Virus record (IMG/VR): IMGVR_UViG_3300028586_000760
Coordinates: 1 to 56,417 of that record
Strand: one strand, 5' to 3'
Length of the DNA: 56,417 nucleotides
Source of the DNA: a virus
Taxonomy: Duplodnaviria; Caudoviricetes
The position numbers and the translations under genes were made by a program. The notes under the pieces are model-generated. The model had not been told where the DNA came from, ran no database searches, and was given only the letters and a program-made list of their open reading frames with translations. Below, one piece after another: positions 44,801 to 54,509 of this stretch. Every line of letters begins with the position of its first letter. Within the stretch, counting starts at the first letter, position 1.

Positions 44801-46733
44801 GGCAGCAGGTAGTGCTGGTAGCTCAATGCTTAGCAACGCGCTTGGCATCTCGAGCGCGATGTCGGGCTTTGGCGGCTTTGCCGCAACCGGCTTCATGAAC
44901 ACGATCGCCGGCACTGGGCTTTCTGCAAGCCTGAGCGCCGGTGGCGCCTTGCTGGCAAATGGCGCGATCGCAAATGGCCTGGGCATGATCGCCGGCGCAC
45001 TAGGTCCGATTGCCCTGGGTATCGGCGCCGCCGTCGCCGTTTGGAAGAAGCTCGATACCAGCGGCACGATCCACACTGGCGGCGCAGCGTCGGCCACCAG
45101 TTCCGGCATCACCGCAGTGACTGCGAAAAGCCTGGGGATGGAGAACATCAACTCCAGCACCGCAACGCAGACTATGGTGGGGCAGCTGGCGCAGGGCATC
45201 GTCGGCATTCTCGATGCGACCGCGCTCACCTTCGGCAAGACCGCCGGCTACCAAGCCGCGACCGCTTTTGCCGACGACACCAGCAAGGACGGTGCGTGGG
45301 GCTCGCTCGTGATCAGCAAGCTCGGCCAGAGCATCGTGAACTGGCAAGACACGCGCGGCAACGGCAAGTGGGCGCCGAAGACGTTTGCCGATGGCGAGAA
45401 GGGGCAGCAGGAGTACCTGGCCGCGATGGCGGCATCGGTGCGCACCGCGCTCAACCAGATCGGCCTGCCGGCCTGGGCAACCAAGATGCTAGACGATCTT
45501 GGCCAGGGCGCGACCATCGAGCAGTTGGGCGAGGTGGTCACCAGGATCAACGAGACGCAGCAGGCGCTTGTCGCCATGCGCACGCAGTTGACCGGGTTTG
45601 ACAAGCTGTCCGATACCGCCGTGACGGCGATGATGCAGGCCGCCGGCGGTATCGAAAACCTGTATTCCTCGGCCAGCAGCTATTACGCGAACTTTTACAG
45701 CGACGCCGAGAAGTCCGCGAGCATCGGTCGCCAGCTTGAGGGGGCGTTTTCTTCCCTGAATCTGGCCATGCCGACGTCGCGGGCGGAGTTCCGGGCGCTG
45801 GTTGAGCAGCAGATGGCTCTTGGCGAATCGGGAGCGCCGGCCGTGGCCGCGCTGCTTTCGATGAATGCTGCCGTGGCTGAGCTGTATCCACTGGCGGATG
45901 CCGCGGCTGATTCGGTGAAAAGCGCCGCCGACATCCTGAGCGAGCGGACGAGCCTGCAGGACCAGCTCGACCAGTTGACGATGACGTCGACCCAGCTCCT
46001 GAAGAAGCAGCGCGACGCGCTGGCCGAGGCCAACCGTCCGCTCTTCGACATGATCCAGGCGGCGCAAAAGCTGACTGACACGTCGAGCGGCTTGACGACG
46101 TTCCGCGATTCGCTGCGGTCGCTGTCTGACAGCCTGGTCACCGGCAGTCTGTCGATCCTCACGCCAGAGCAGCAGTATGCCGAGCTGCGCAGCCAGTACG
46201 AGAAGACCCGTGCGGCGGCGTTCGGCGGCGACACCAAGGCGCAGGACTCCTACTCGTCCGTGTTGACGGCATTCCTGACGGCCTCGCAGAAGATCAACGG
46301 CGGGGATTCGCAGTACCAAGCCGACTTCGCGATGGGCGTGCAGGATTCGACGTCGATGGCCTCGTGGGCGTCTGGTCAGATCGACGCAGCCCAGAAGCAG
46401 CTCAACGCGATGGGCACCACGAACGCCGCGCTGGATACGGCCAACAAGATCCTCGACACGATCGCTCAGAACACGACCCCGGCCGTGGCCTCAGGGTTCG
46501 TGCTGAACAACGCGTTTGCCGCGCTGGCCGCCGCTGTGAAGTCCCTCCAGAAAAGCAACGACGGCTTGAAGGAGGAGGTGGCGGGCTTGCGCTCCGACCA
46601 GCAGGCGCAGACCGGAGACACCATCACGTCGAACGCGGAAGTTCAGCAGTCGGCGGCTCAAACCATCGTTACCGGCCTTGCGAGCACGCTCGTCCGCGCC
46701 GTCACCTCCAATCAGAAAGTAACCCTCGAATGA
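41826..46733 (+). CDS. Tape measure protein
   Basis: 1635 aa, Ala-rich; QLSQAFAAGALRGDEFNSV motif. Confidence 0.95.
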   Translation: MTEIVNEAVIKVVADASGVEAGLRPVDNAVAKTGKNLENLGATARKTGKIIEDVGSGPGLGGVGDSAGTAATQVDRATKSMADSIRRATQATAALSAGAKGTAENFAALASARGLNMDTLKPYLAQLDEVTRKTSMAAEAKRRLETSDNFLNGLRAQAEGIGKTALQLAALRAEELGVADAARPLIEQLQAAEEAAGNAGGSIDGFAAAMASIGIGGTIATIAQISDEYSKYTSQLKLATIGQSEFANAQTSVRRIATSAQSDLSATGSLYASITKSTRDLGIAQAQVSNITEVVSLALKVSGASSEEASSAILQLSQAFAAGALRGDEFNSVNEAAPRLMQALADGLGVPAGALRKMAEDGALTTSVLAEALPRALGALRNEAASVQTIGGSVAVLKNNVMELVGATAQSNGVVAVLSGGIKLLSDNLVLAGGAMATVVAVKLGSSLATMAKGALDNVAAGRALAATNLATAQSNVAATAAASATAAARVNELRAAVAAADGNVALAITTNGLIPAQARATAAAAAHTAALSAQATAAAAASTSATLARSALALIGGPVGAVIAVLGIAATAWAVWGNKAEEANDKAAASTEETTRDMITRLDQQIEKLRERNELAKSEPRIASFDGITEADKDGLARAKAALDAVRKGTGEWANQSITMRQLAEIDLLHDYELALKRVTEKQKEVEIATGRTRAQQIDDWYAQNGTAAQRLAAELEKLKKQFGTIPAEMEKLVRAKYVDSAVTKSISDQAKAAKEYADLLDRINGKDLGLDPEFQGNLSKLFAGYKAGKQSLQEYVATVEAYIGQQPFAKKVEEDRLQAIEDLSKFQERYSKGLEATSDIYDKAIKDAEDEAARNEEAARTYGLSKTKIEELTLARLEDQLAQRASLGLTLDEISMLEKVIDAKKRTVAALGNMEEIDAQKKAWDSIEQTAHDTFVSIFDSGKSAFDRLRDTLKNGLLDLLYQMTIKKWIFNIGASVTGGATGVASAATSAAGSAGSSMLSNALGISSAMSGFGGFAATGFMNTIAGTGLSASLSAGGALLANGAIANGLGMIAGALGPIALGIGAAVAVWKKLDTSGTIHTGGAASATSSGITAVTAKSLGMENINSSTATQTMVGQLAQGIVGILDATALTFGKTAGYQAATAFADDTSKDGAWGSLVISKLGQSIVNWQDTRGNGKWAPKTFADGEKGQQEYLAAMAASVRTALNQIGLPAWATKMLDDLGQGATIEQLGEVVTRINETQQALVAMRTQLTGFDKLSDTAVTAMMQAAGGIENLYSSASSYYANFYSDAEKSASIGRQLEGAFSSLNLAMPTSRAEFRALVEQQMALGESGAPAVAALLSMNAAVAELYPLADAAADSVKSAADILSERTSLQDQLDQLTMTSTQLLKKQRDALAEANRPLFDMIQAAQKLTDTSSGLTTFRDSLRSLSDSLVTGSLSILTPEQQYAELRSQYEKTRAAAFGGDTKAQDSYSSVLTAFLTASQKINGGDSQYQADFAMGVQDSTSMASWASGQIDAAQKQLNAMGTTNAALDTANKILDTIAQNTTPAVASGFVLNNAFAALAAAVKSLQKSNDGLKEEVAGLRSDQQAQTGDTITSNAEVQQSAAQTIVTGLASTLVRAVTSNQKVTLE

Positions 46734-48184
46734 CAATTTCTGATGCGCAATACGCTGCGTGGCTCGATGACCCGACCGCGCAGCGCGTGACACTCTACCG
46801 CGTGAGCTGCCTGGTCAACGGGCAGCCCGTGGTGCGGCGCCTGGCCAACAAGCCCTTTACCGGGCCGGCCAGCGCGCCGTATTCCGCCGACATCGCCCGC
46901 GACCTGGAGATCAGCCGTTCGATCTCCATCGAAGGTGATGCCCGGCTGTCGGCCGGCGACGTCGAGGTCTGGAACGTCAACGGCGAGCGGGATTCCTGGT
47001 TCTCGGATGTGTGGGCGAACCAGCGCGTCGAAGTCTATGTCGGCGACGCGCGCTGGGACGAGGCAGACTTCCGGCTGTCCTTCGTCGGCAACCTGGCGGA
47101 CATCGCCTACGGCAACGACCGCACGACGCTCGTGCTGAAATTTCGCGACGCGCTGCAGCGGCTGAACACCCCGGTGTCGGAAGCCAAGATGGCGGACGAC
47201 ACGTTGTATCCGGTCGCGCTGGGCGAAGTGCCGAACATGACCCCTAAGCTCGACAGTGTCACCGGGCGGTACTACTACCACCGCGGCCCGGCCGAGGGCC
47301 TGATCGAACCGCGCACCGACGGCAAGAAGCGCTCCGCCGATGTGTCGGACGACCGGGGCAACGGCCGCTTCGCATTCAACACCGCGGTCGGGCCCGGCGC
47401 CATAACGTGCAGCGTCCAAGGTGACAAGACCGGCGGGATCTACCGCAACACCATCGCCCCCTTGATTCAGTTGCTGGCCACGCAATACGGCAAAGAGTCC
47501 ACGCGGATGACGGACGCCGACATCGATGTGGCGAACTTCACCGAGTTCCATGCCGCGAACTCGCAGCCGGTCGGCTTGGGCATCATGGACCGCACCAACG
47601 TGCTGGCGGCGTGCGCGCAGCTGGCATCGAGCAAGGGCGCGCAGTTGATTCCCTCGATGCTGGGCAAGCTGCGGCTGATCCAGTACGCGATTCCGGCCGG
47701 CGCCGCCCTCAGTATCCCGCTGTCGATGCAGGTCAAGGGAACGCTGACGCCAGTCGCGCGGACGATGCCGGCCGCCGCAGTGCAGATCGGCTTCTGCCGC
47801 AACTACACCACGCAGCCCAACCTCGGAACGTCGCTGCCGCCGCAGCACAAGCAAATGCTGGCGACGGAGTGGCAAACCTACACCGCGGTCGACGAGGCGA
47901 CGCAAGCGACCTACAGCTTGTACTCCGACCCGGCGCGGATCGATACGTGCCTGCTGGACCCGGCCGACGCGCGCGCGGAAGCGGAGCGGCGCCTGGCGAT
48001 CGTCAAGGTGTCGCGCGCGACCTACCGCGTCGAGCTGACGCCGGCCGGCATGCTGGTCGAGCTGGGCGAGGCGCGCCGGCTGTTCGGCGACGGCTTCGGT
48101 CTCGAGGCTGGCAAGCCAGGGCAGGTCACCAGCCTGACGACCAATTTCGGCACCTATTCCGTCACGGCGGAAATCACGATTTAA
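46730..48184 (+). CDS. Tail tip/hub protein
   Basis: ATGA-coupled to TMP; PVALGEVPNMTP. Confidence 0.75.
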   Translation: MTISDAQYAAWLDDPTAQRVTLYRVSCLVNGQPVVRRLANKPFTGPASAPYSADIARDLEISRSISIEGDARLSAGDVEVWNVNGERDSWFSDVWANQRVEVYVGDARWDEADFRLSFVGNLADIAYGNDRTTLVLKFRDALQRLNTPVSEAKMADDTLYPVALGEVPNMTPKLDSVTGRYYYHRGPAEGLIEPRTDGKKRSADVSDDRGNGRFAFNTAVGPGAITCSVQGDKTGGIYRNTIAPLIQLLATQYGKESTRMTDADIDVANFTEFHAANSQPVGLGIMDRTNVLAACAQLASSKGAQLIPSMLGKLRLIQYAIPAGAALSIPLSMQVKGTLTPVARTMPAAAVQIGFCRNYTTQPNLGTSLPPQHKQMLATEWQTYTAVDEATQATYSLYSDPARIDTCLLDPADARAEAERRLAIVKVSRATYRVELTPAGMLVELGEARRLFGDGFGLEAGKPGQVTSLTTNFGTYSVTAEITI

Positions 48185-48191
48185 GGAATCC

Positions 48192-49511
48192 ATGGGAAGC
48201 CTTCGCATCATTTCCGACAACGCGGTCGACCGGGCGGCGCTGACCGCATCGTCCACGGCCGGCGCGCTGGTCGTGGCGAACCTGAAGACGGACAAGAAGT
48301 CGGACGTCTGGCGCGCGACCGGCGCCGCGGCGCGCCTCACCCTGGCCTGGCCGGCGCCGGAGGCAATCGGCGGCGTCGCGCTGCCGTTCTGCGATCTCTC
48401 CCCGGCGGCGACCTGGCGCGTGCGCGTGTCGAGCGAGCCGGCCAAGGCGAACCTGCTGACCTACAGCGAGGCGTTCGGCGACTCGAGCTGGGAAAAGATC
48501 GGCATGAGCCTGAACGGCGGCCAGCTGGCGCCGGACGGGACAAGCACTGCAACCGCCATCACGGCGAGCGGCGCCGATCCCTACATGAGCAAGTCGCTCA
48601 CCCTGGCCGCAGGCACGCACACCTTTTCGGTTTTCCTGAGGGGCGTAGGCGGTACCGTCGGCAAGACGCCGAACGTCTGGATCTGGAACATCAACAACCT
48701 GGCCGGGTTTTCGTCGGCAGTCGACGTGCGGCCGCTGGCCGGCGGCTGGGTTCGCTACGCGGCCACCTGCAACGTCACCACCGCCGGCACCTACCGGGTG
48801 CGCGTCGATGCGCCGGATGTCGCGGCAACCAACGACGTGGTGCACGCGTGGGGCGCGCAGATGGAAAGGGGCTCGCTCTCGTCTTACTACCCGAGCGGCG
48901 CCGCCTCGGCGACCAGGCCGGCCGGCTACATCGACGGCTGGCAGGGCTACGACTACGACAGCGGCCAGGTGCTGGCGTGCCCGGCGCCGGCCATCAAGCT
49001 GCGCGGCTGGACCGCGGCGGCGTCGATGAGCGCCTATGCCTACGGCGGCGGCGCGTGCGCGCGGCACTGGCTGCCGACCGCGGTGCCGGCGCTGTGCATG
49101 GTGATCGACATCGCTGATCCGGACAACCTGCAGGGATATATCGAGGCGGCGCGCCTGGTCGCGGGCGAGGTCTGGGCGCCAACCTACGGCGCGTCGTCCG
49201 CCGCTGAAACGTTCGTCGACGCGACGGAGCACTACGAGACCGCTGCCGGTGACCTGCTGAGCCGGGCATCCACCATCCGCAGGGAGGTGCCGATCGAGCT
49301 GCGGTCCATGCCGCCGGCCGACCGCGCCCGGCTGGCCGACATCCTGCGCGCGAGTCGCGCCTACCCGATTTTCCTGAGCGTCTTCGCTGGGCATGCGGAT
49401 CTTGATGTCGAGCGCGCGCATACCGTCTTCGGCAAGCGCGCGAGCGATTCGGAGGTCGAAGTCCAGGCCGCCATGCGGTACGGGACCAAGATCACCGTTC
49501 GATCAATTTAA
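48192..49511 (+). CDS. Tail protein with inserted carbohydrate-binding-like domain
   Basis: Insert NLLTYSEAF...W...AWGAQMERG...SSY. Confidence 0.7.
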   Translation: MGSLRIISDNAVDRAALTASSTAGALVVANLKTDKKSDVWRATGAAARLTLAWPAPEAIGGVALPFCDLSPAATWRVRVSSEPAKANLLTYSEAFGDSSWEKIGMSLNGGQLAPDGTSTATAITASGADPYMSKSLTLAAGTHTFSVFLRGVGGTVGKTPNVWIWNINNLAGFSSAVDVRPLAGGWVRYAATCNVTTAGTYRVRVDAPDVAATNDVVHAWGAQMERGSLSSYYPSGAASATRPAGYIDGWQGYDYDSGQVLACPAPAIKLRGWTAAASMSAYAYGGGACARHWLPTAVPALCMVIDIADPDNLQGYIEAARLVAGEVWAPTYGASSAAETFVDATEHYETAAGDLLSRASTIRREVPIELRSMPPADRARLADILRASRAYPIFLSVFAGHADLDVERAHTVFGKRASDSEVEVQAAMRYGTKITVRSI

Positions 49512-49519
49512 GGAGCAGC

Positions 49520-52500
49520 ATGGCAGCCGTAGTCAATTTCATCGACGTCACCCTGGGCGGCGCCTTGGCGCGCACGGTCAACCTGCCCACGGCCCGGATC
49601 CTGCTGACGCCGTCGGCGCCGGCGTTCCATGTGGACGCCGCAGGCAAGATCACGCCCGCGTCTATCACGTTCACCGCAACAGTGATCGACCTCGACCTCG
49701 ATGCGCCACTCACCTTCAACAGCACAGGCGGCCCGCTGACCAATGTCGCCGCAACGACCGCGGTCCTGGCCGGCGCCGACATGACCGGATCGAGCGCAAC
49801 CGTCATCGCCAGCGCGACGGTCAATGGCGTCCTGTACACCGGGCCCTGCACGATTTCGAAGTTCTCGGACGGCAAGGACGGCAAGGATGCCGATGGATCC
49901 AACCTGACCCCGGGCGACCTGAAAGCGATCCTCGAGGGGCAGCTCACCACCGACGAACTCAACGCGGCGCTGCGCGGGCGCATCGGCCTGATCGACGCCG
50001 GCGCCGACACCGCGGGAAGCGTGACCGCGCGCGTGAAGGCCTCGACCGACGCGGCCCTGGCCGCGATCGCGCAGGAGGCAAACGATCGCAGGACCTACGT
50101 CCAGGACTACGCCTATAGCAAGCAGGAATACAACCAGTCCCTGTCTGCGTTCGGTACCTCGATTCAGGCGGCATACCAAGGTTATGCGGACACGGCGGCC
50201 GGCAATGCGCTGGCGGCGGCCCGGGCTTATGCGCAGTCGTACGCCTACAGCAAGGCCGACGCGGACAGCGCGCTTACCGCGACGGCAAACACGCTCCGGT
50301 CCGAGTTCGCCACCCTGAACCAGGGTACTGGCGCGACCGTCGCATGGGTGCAGGAGTACGCATACAGCAAGGCGCAGGCCAACGAGGCAATCGCATCCGC
50401 CACGCAGCAGCTGAGCACGACCGTGAGCGGCCACACGACCACGCTTGAACTGCAGGGCCAGTCCATCAGCGGACTCGGCGCACAGTACACGGTCAAGATC
50501 GACAACAACGGTTATGCCTCCGGGTTTGGCCTGGCCAGCACGCCCATAAATGGCGTGCCGACCAGTTCCTTCATCGTGCTGGCGGACCGGTTTGCTGTGG
50601 CGCTGCCGGGCCAGGCGGCGAAATACCCGTTTGCCATTGGCAGGGTGAATGGCCAGCAAACTATTGCGTTCAACGGCAACATCATTGCAGACGGATCGTT
50701 CACTTTCCGCGATGCGAACGGCAAGGTGCTACTCAGCGTGGGAGTGCCGCTGGATCAGTCCCTTGCAGCGCCGGGCACGCTGAACAGCGACCTGGCGCCG
50801 GCCATCGATGCGGCATCCAGCAAGGGCGCTGCGCTGAATGATGACCCGGGCATCCTGAACCTGGACGCTTGGAATCTGACGAGCCGCGTCGAGCGCCGAG
50901 CAGGCGGCGCATTCGGTTTGTGGCACTTTGCATGCCCGGCTGGCCTCAACGAAATGGCAATCCCAAAGCGGCGCTTCACCGTGGACCCGGCCAAGACGTA
51001 TGACTTGACAGCGATGCTGTACGCCGCTGGCGGCAACAGCCGGAACATGTACATCTTCGTGAACTTCATCAATGCTGCGGGCGAGCGCCTGGCCGCTGGG
51101 TGGGGCGGGACGATGTCGGGCTACACCCACGGCGGGCTGCCCGACATTGGAGTGTGGAAACGGTATGGCGGGATGTTTGGCGCGGGTATTAATGGCCGAC
51201 CCATCCCGTCCGGCACCGTCGAGGCTGAAATCGGCGTGTGGTTCCAATACGAAGGCGGGCCAGGTAGCAGCCAGGTAGACCAGGCGGCACAGGACCTGCG
51301 ATGCGAGGAGGTGACGGTCGCATATAACGCAGCAAAGGCCGCCGCTGATGCTCGCTATGTTGCCGATGCTGCAATCTCGCGATATGAGGCGATGTCGGCT
51401 GATGGCATTTTAAGTCGAAGCGAGAAAATAGATTTAATCGCTTTGTGGCAACAAGAAGACGCCAGTGCAGTGAAGCTTATTGCACAAGCGAATGCATTCG
51501 GTATCAGCTTTAAGAACTATCAAGATAACCGTGATGCTACGTGGGTTTATCTGAGCGGCCTGCGCCCAAATTGGAACGACACGACTCAAGACACGAATAT
51601 CGATCGCGGTTACCACAATGATCGTTTCAGATTATTGGTCGAATCGCACGTTGCATTGCAAAACGAAATCGCGATGGCGGCATCGAAAGCTGCGCCGATC
51701 GGCAGCAACCTGATCAGCAACAGCGATTTCGGCGCCGGGACGACGACTGGGTGGGGTGTCGGCTATACGGAAGTGCCGCCGCAGAATTTTGCCCTTTTGC
51801 TCGATGGCGCGGGGGATGACTGGCGTGCAGCAGGCACGCATAACATCGCCATCAATCGAGGGGGTAATGCGCTCAACGGCGTGGTCGACGTCACATGTCA
51901 GCAAAACATCGCTGTCGTCGCTGGTGCGCGGTTCGAGGCAAGTGCGTACCTGGCATCGCACCGGTGCGCATCGTCGCTGAATATTCGATTTTTCAGACGC
52001 GAAGGAGCGAACGAAATCGATGTCGGGGGTGAAGTGGCGATCGCGCCACCGTTCCGATCGGGCGGCGGTCAAGACCTTAAGAACTGGGCTCGCGCGCAGG
52101 GCTTTTTCAATGCGCCGGCCAATGCGCAGTATGCCCGTCTGGCAATGCGTTCCTATGGCGCCGACGCCGGAGCGGGCGATTCCTGGTGCTGGGGAACGCA
52201 GTTCTTCATGGCTGAGGCGCAGGCCGGACAGCAGTGGTTCAGCGCATACAGCAGGGGTGCGCCAGTCGACACGCGCGCTCTTGGGTTCAACGGCGACCTG
52301 GACTCGACCAGGGGCGCGCCGGCAGGCACGCTCGTCGGAGGCGCTCTGGCGGAGCTTGTGGCCAGCCAGGCCGCATCTGTGCCGGTCATGAGCCAGGCCA
52401 TTAACCAGAAGCTGCAGAAGGACGGCTACGACACGATCACCGGTCAGATCGGCCTGCAGTCAAAGTACGCGCTCGTGGTAGGCGATGCCAATCACGGCGT

Positions 52501-53197
52501 CTGGGTCGGCAGCGAGGGTATCGTGCTGGTGCAGAACGGCGTGATCAAGGTGACGATCCCCCTTTCTGGCGATCCGACCTTTGCCGGGAAGCTGATCGCG
52601 GCGTTCGGCACGTTCGGCGCGATCCGACTGGCGCCGGGCGGGTTCATCGCTTCCGGGGAATTCTTCCAGTTCAACTGGGCAGACGCCGGGCCGCCGGGTT
52701 TCTACTTCGGCGCCGAGGGTCTGCTGATGGGGCGCTACGAAGATGGCCGGGGTCAGTTCTTCGAGCTGCATTCGGACGGCCGACTCTACATGAACGGCTT
52801 TCGGTACGAAAATAAGCGGCTCACGCTGACCGCGCCCATCATCATAGATCCGACCTTGAACAATCCGAACTTCGGCACGTTCACCGTCGACCTGGGCGGC
52901 AACTGGTCGGGCGGCGGCAGCGGCAAATCGATCAGCCTCGGCTCACGCACAGCCACTATCGTCGGCGGCACCGATCCGAAGACGATCAAGTGGACTGTGG
53001 AAAATGCGAACGCAAACGACGGGACCAATTCCGCAAATATCTTCATCTCCGCAGGCCAAGGCACGCCCACCGTCACGCTGCGATCGAGCACCGGCCAGCC
53101 GCCGGCATTCGGTTATGCCATTTTGACCTGCACCGTCACCTCGGCAAACGGCCTGGTTGCAACCGACTCCATCGACGTAGATTCCATGCACGGATAA
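49520..53197 (+). CDS. Tail fibre/host-specificity protein
   Basis: J-like C-terminal-type segment AQYTVKIDNNGYASGFGL...F.V.ADRF; CBM-like NLISNSDF domain; coiled-coil repeats. Confidence 0.85.
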   Translation: MAAVVNFIDVTLGGALARTVNLPTARILLTPSAPAFHVDAAGKITPASITFTATVIDLDLDAPLTFNSTGGPLTNVAATTAVLAGADMTGSSATVIASATVNGVLYTGPCTISKFSDGKDGKDADGSNLTPGDLKAILEGQLTTDELNAALRGRIGLIDAGADTAGSVTARVKASTDAALAAIAQEANDRRTYVQDYAYSKQEYNQSLSAFGTSIQAAYQGYADTAAGNALAAARAYAQSYAYSKADADSALTATANTLRSEFATLNQGTGATVAWVQEYAYSKAQANEAIASATQQLSTTVSGHTTTLELQGQSISGLGAQYTVKIDNNGYASGFGLASTPINGVPTSSFIVLADRFAVALPGQAAKYPFAIGRVNGQQTIAFNGNIIADGSFTFRDANGKVLLSVGVPLDQSLAAPGTLNSDLAPAIDAASSKGAALNDDPGILNLDAWNLTSRVERRAGGAFGLWHFACPAGLNEMAIPKRRFTVDPAKTYDLTAMLYAAGGNSRNMYIFVNFINAAGERLAAGWGGTMSGYTHGGLPDIGVWKRYGGMFGAGINGRPIPSGTVEAEIGVWFQYEGGPGSSQVDQAAQDLRCEEVTVAYNAAKAAADARYVADAAISRYEAMSADGILSRSEKIDLIALWQQEDASAVKLIAQANAFGISFKNYQDNRDATWVYLSGLRPNWNDTTQDTNIDRGYHNDRFRLLVESHVALQNEIAMAASKAAPIGSNLISNSDFGAGTTTGWGVGYTEVPPQNFALLLDGAGDDWRAAGTHNIAINRGGNALNGVVDVTCQQNIAVVAGARFEASAYLASHRCASSLNIRFFRREGANEIDVGGEVAIAPPFRSGGGQDLKNWARAQGFFNAPANAQYARLAMRSYGADAGAGDSWCWGTQFFMAEAQAGQQWFSAYSRGAPVDTRALGFNGDLDSTRGAPAGTLVGGALAELVASQAASVPVMSQAINQKLQKDGYDTITGQIGLQSKYALVVGDANHGVWVGSEGIVLVQNGVIKVTIPLSGDPTFAGKLIAAFGTFGAIRLAPGGFIASGEFFQFNWADAGPPGFYFGAEGLLMGRYEDGRGQFFELHSDGRLYMNGFRYENKRLTLTAPIIIDPTLNNPNFGTFTVDLGGNWSGGGSGKSISLGSRTATIVGGTDPKTIKWTVENANANDGTNSANIFISAGQGTPTVTLRSSTGQPPAFGYAILTCTVTSANGLVATDSIDVDSMHG

Positions 53198-53200
53198 CAC

Positions 53201-53839
53201 ATGACCCAGTACGCGAAAATTAATACCGAAGGCCACGTAGTGCTGACCATTGGCCGGCCAGTGCCGGGGGATGTCGGCCCGCACGAGCTCTGCCCGTGCC
53301 CGGATGACGATGAGGGCACCTGGCGCCGCTGCAGCGCCGGCATCGACTGGGCTGGCCGATCCAGCGAAACGGCGGTGATGATGTGGCGCGATGGCGCGCC
53401 GGCGTGGGTTGAGGTGGCGCCGCTGGCTGACGTCGCTGCGCGCGTTATTGCCGCGATGGATGCCGAAGGTGATGCAGCCCGCCTGCTGGTAATCGGCGAC
53501 CCAACGAAAGCCCTGGAATACCAGCGCGCCGAGGCGCAGGCCCGGCCGTACGCTGCCGCTGGCTACCTGGGGCCGGCGCCGCCGTGCGTCGCCAGCTGGG
53601 CGCTGGCCAAGCGCTGGACCAATTGCGGCGAACCGTGGACCGGCCAGCAGGCGGCCGACGACATCATCGCCACGGCCGACCGCTGGAACGGCGCGCTCGA
53701 AGGCATCCGGGCCCTGCGCCTGGACGCCAAGGAGCAGGTTCGCGCGGTGCTGGCCGGCGCCGGCACGCCAGACGAGGTCGAGGCGATTGGCCGCCAGTTC
53801 TCCGCCGATTTATCCAACCTGATGAAAGGGCTCGCATGA
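53201..53839 (+). CDS. Tail fibre-associated/assembly protein
   Basis: EYQRAEAQA, AADDIIA, IRALRL.AK; follows fibre gene. Confidence 0.7.
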   Translation: MTQYAKINTEGHVVLTIGRPVPGDVGPHELCPCPDDDEGTWRRCSAGIDWAGRSSETAVMMWRDGAPAWVEVAPLADVAARVIAAMDAEGDAARLLVIGDPTKALEYQRAEAQARPYAAAGYLGPAPPCVASWALAKRWTNCGEPWTGQQAADDIIATADRWNGALEGIRALRLDAKEQVRAVLAGAGTPDEVEAIGRQFSADLSNLMKGLA

Positions 53840-54306
53840 CATTGCGCGCTGCGTTTTACAAGGGCACCCACACCGGCCTGCCAGGCATCTACAACCGCCT
53901 GGTGCGCTGGTGGACCCGCAGCCAGTACTCGCACGTCGAGCTGGTGTTCCACGATCGCGCCGCGGCGTCGTCCTCCAACATGGACGGCGGCGTGCGCTTC
54001 AAGATCATCGAATTCGACCCGGAGAAGTGGGACTTCATTGACCTGCCATTTAGCTTGGCGCCGGCGGCGGAAGGCTGGTTCCTGAAACACATCGGCGATG
54101 GCTACGACCTGCTGGGCAACGTGCATTTCGTGCTCGGCGCCGTCGGCGACGACAAGGACCGCTGGTTCTGCAGCGAGGCTGTGGCCGCGGCGCTGGGCAT
54201 GCCGAACCCCGAACGATTCGACCCCGGGACGCTACATGCGGCCCTGACCTACTTGACCCAACCCGCTACGGCGGGTTTTTTTACGCCCGCACCACAAGGA
54301 ACCTGA
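53836..54306 (+). CDS. Permuted papain-like (NlpC/P60 YiiX/YaeF-type) hydrolase
   Basis: YSHVEL His precedes WFCSE Cys; G..YD..G. Confidence 0.8.
   Translation: MTLRAAFYKGTHTGLPGIYNRLVRWWTRSQYSHVELVFHDRAAASSSNMDGGVRFKIIEFDPEKWDFIDLPFSLAPAAEGWFLKHIGDGYDLLGNVHFVLGAVGDDKDRWFCSEAVAAALGMPNPERFDPGTLHAALTYLTQPATAGFFTPAPQGT
54260..54282 (+). terminator. Terminator before lysis cassette
   Basis: AACCCGC-TACG-GCGGGTT plus T-tract. Confidence 0.6.
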
Positions 54307-54509
54307 TGAAGAGCTTGACTAATTTCGAGATCGGCAGCTACGCCGGCAGCGTGTCGTCGATCGGCGCCGCGCTCACCTTCACCGATATCGGCGTCATCGT
54401 CGGCATCATCACCGCTTTGCTGACGTGCGCGGCGAACGTCATCTATATGGCGCGCCGGGACCGCCGCGAACAGCGCGAGAGCGACGCGCGCCTGGGAGTG
54501 AAGCCGTGA
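54306..54509 (+). CDS. Holin
   Basis: Small hydrophobic protein with charged C-terminus, upstream of endolysin. Confidence 0.8.
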   Translation: MKSLTNFEIGSYAGSVSSIGAALTFTDIGVIVGIITALLTCAANVIYMARRDRREQRESDARLGVKP

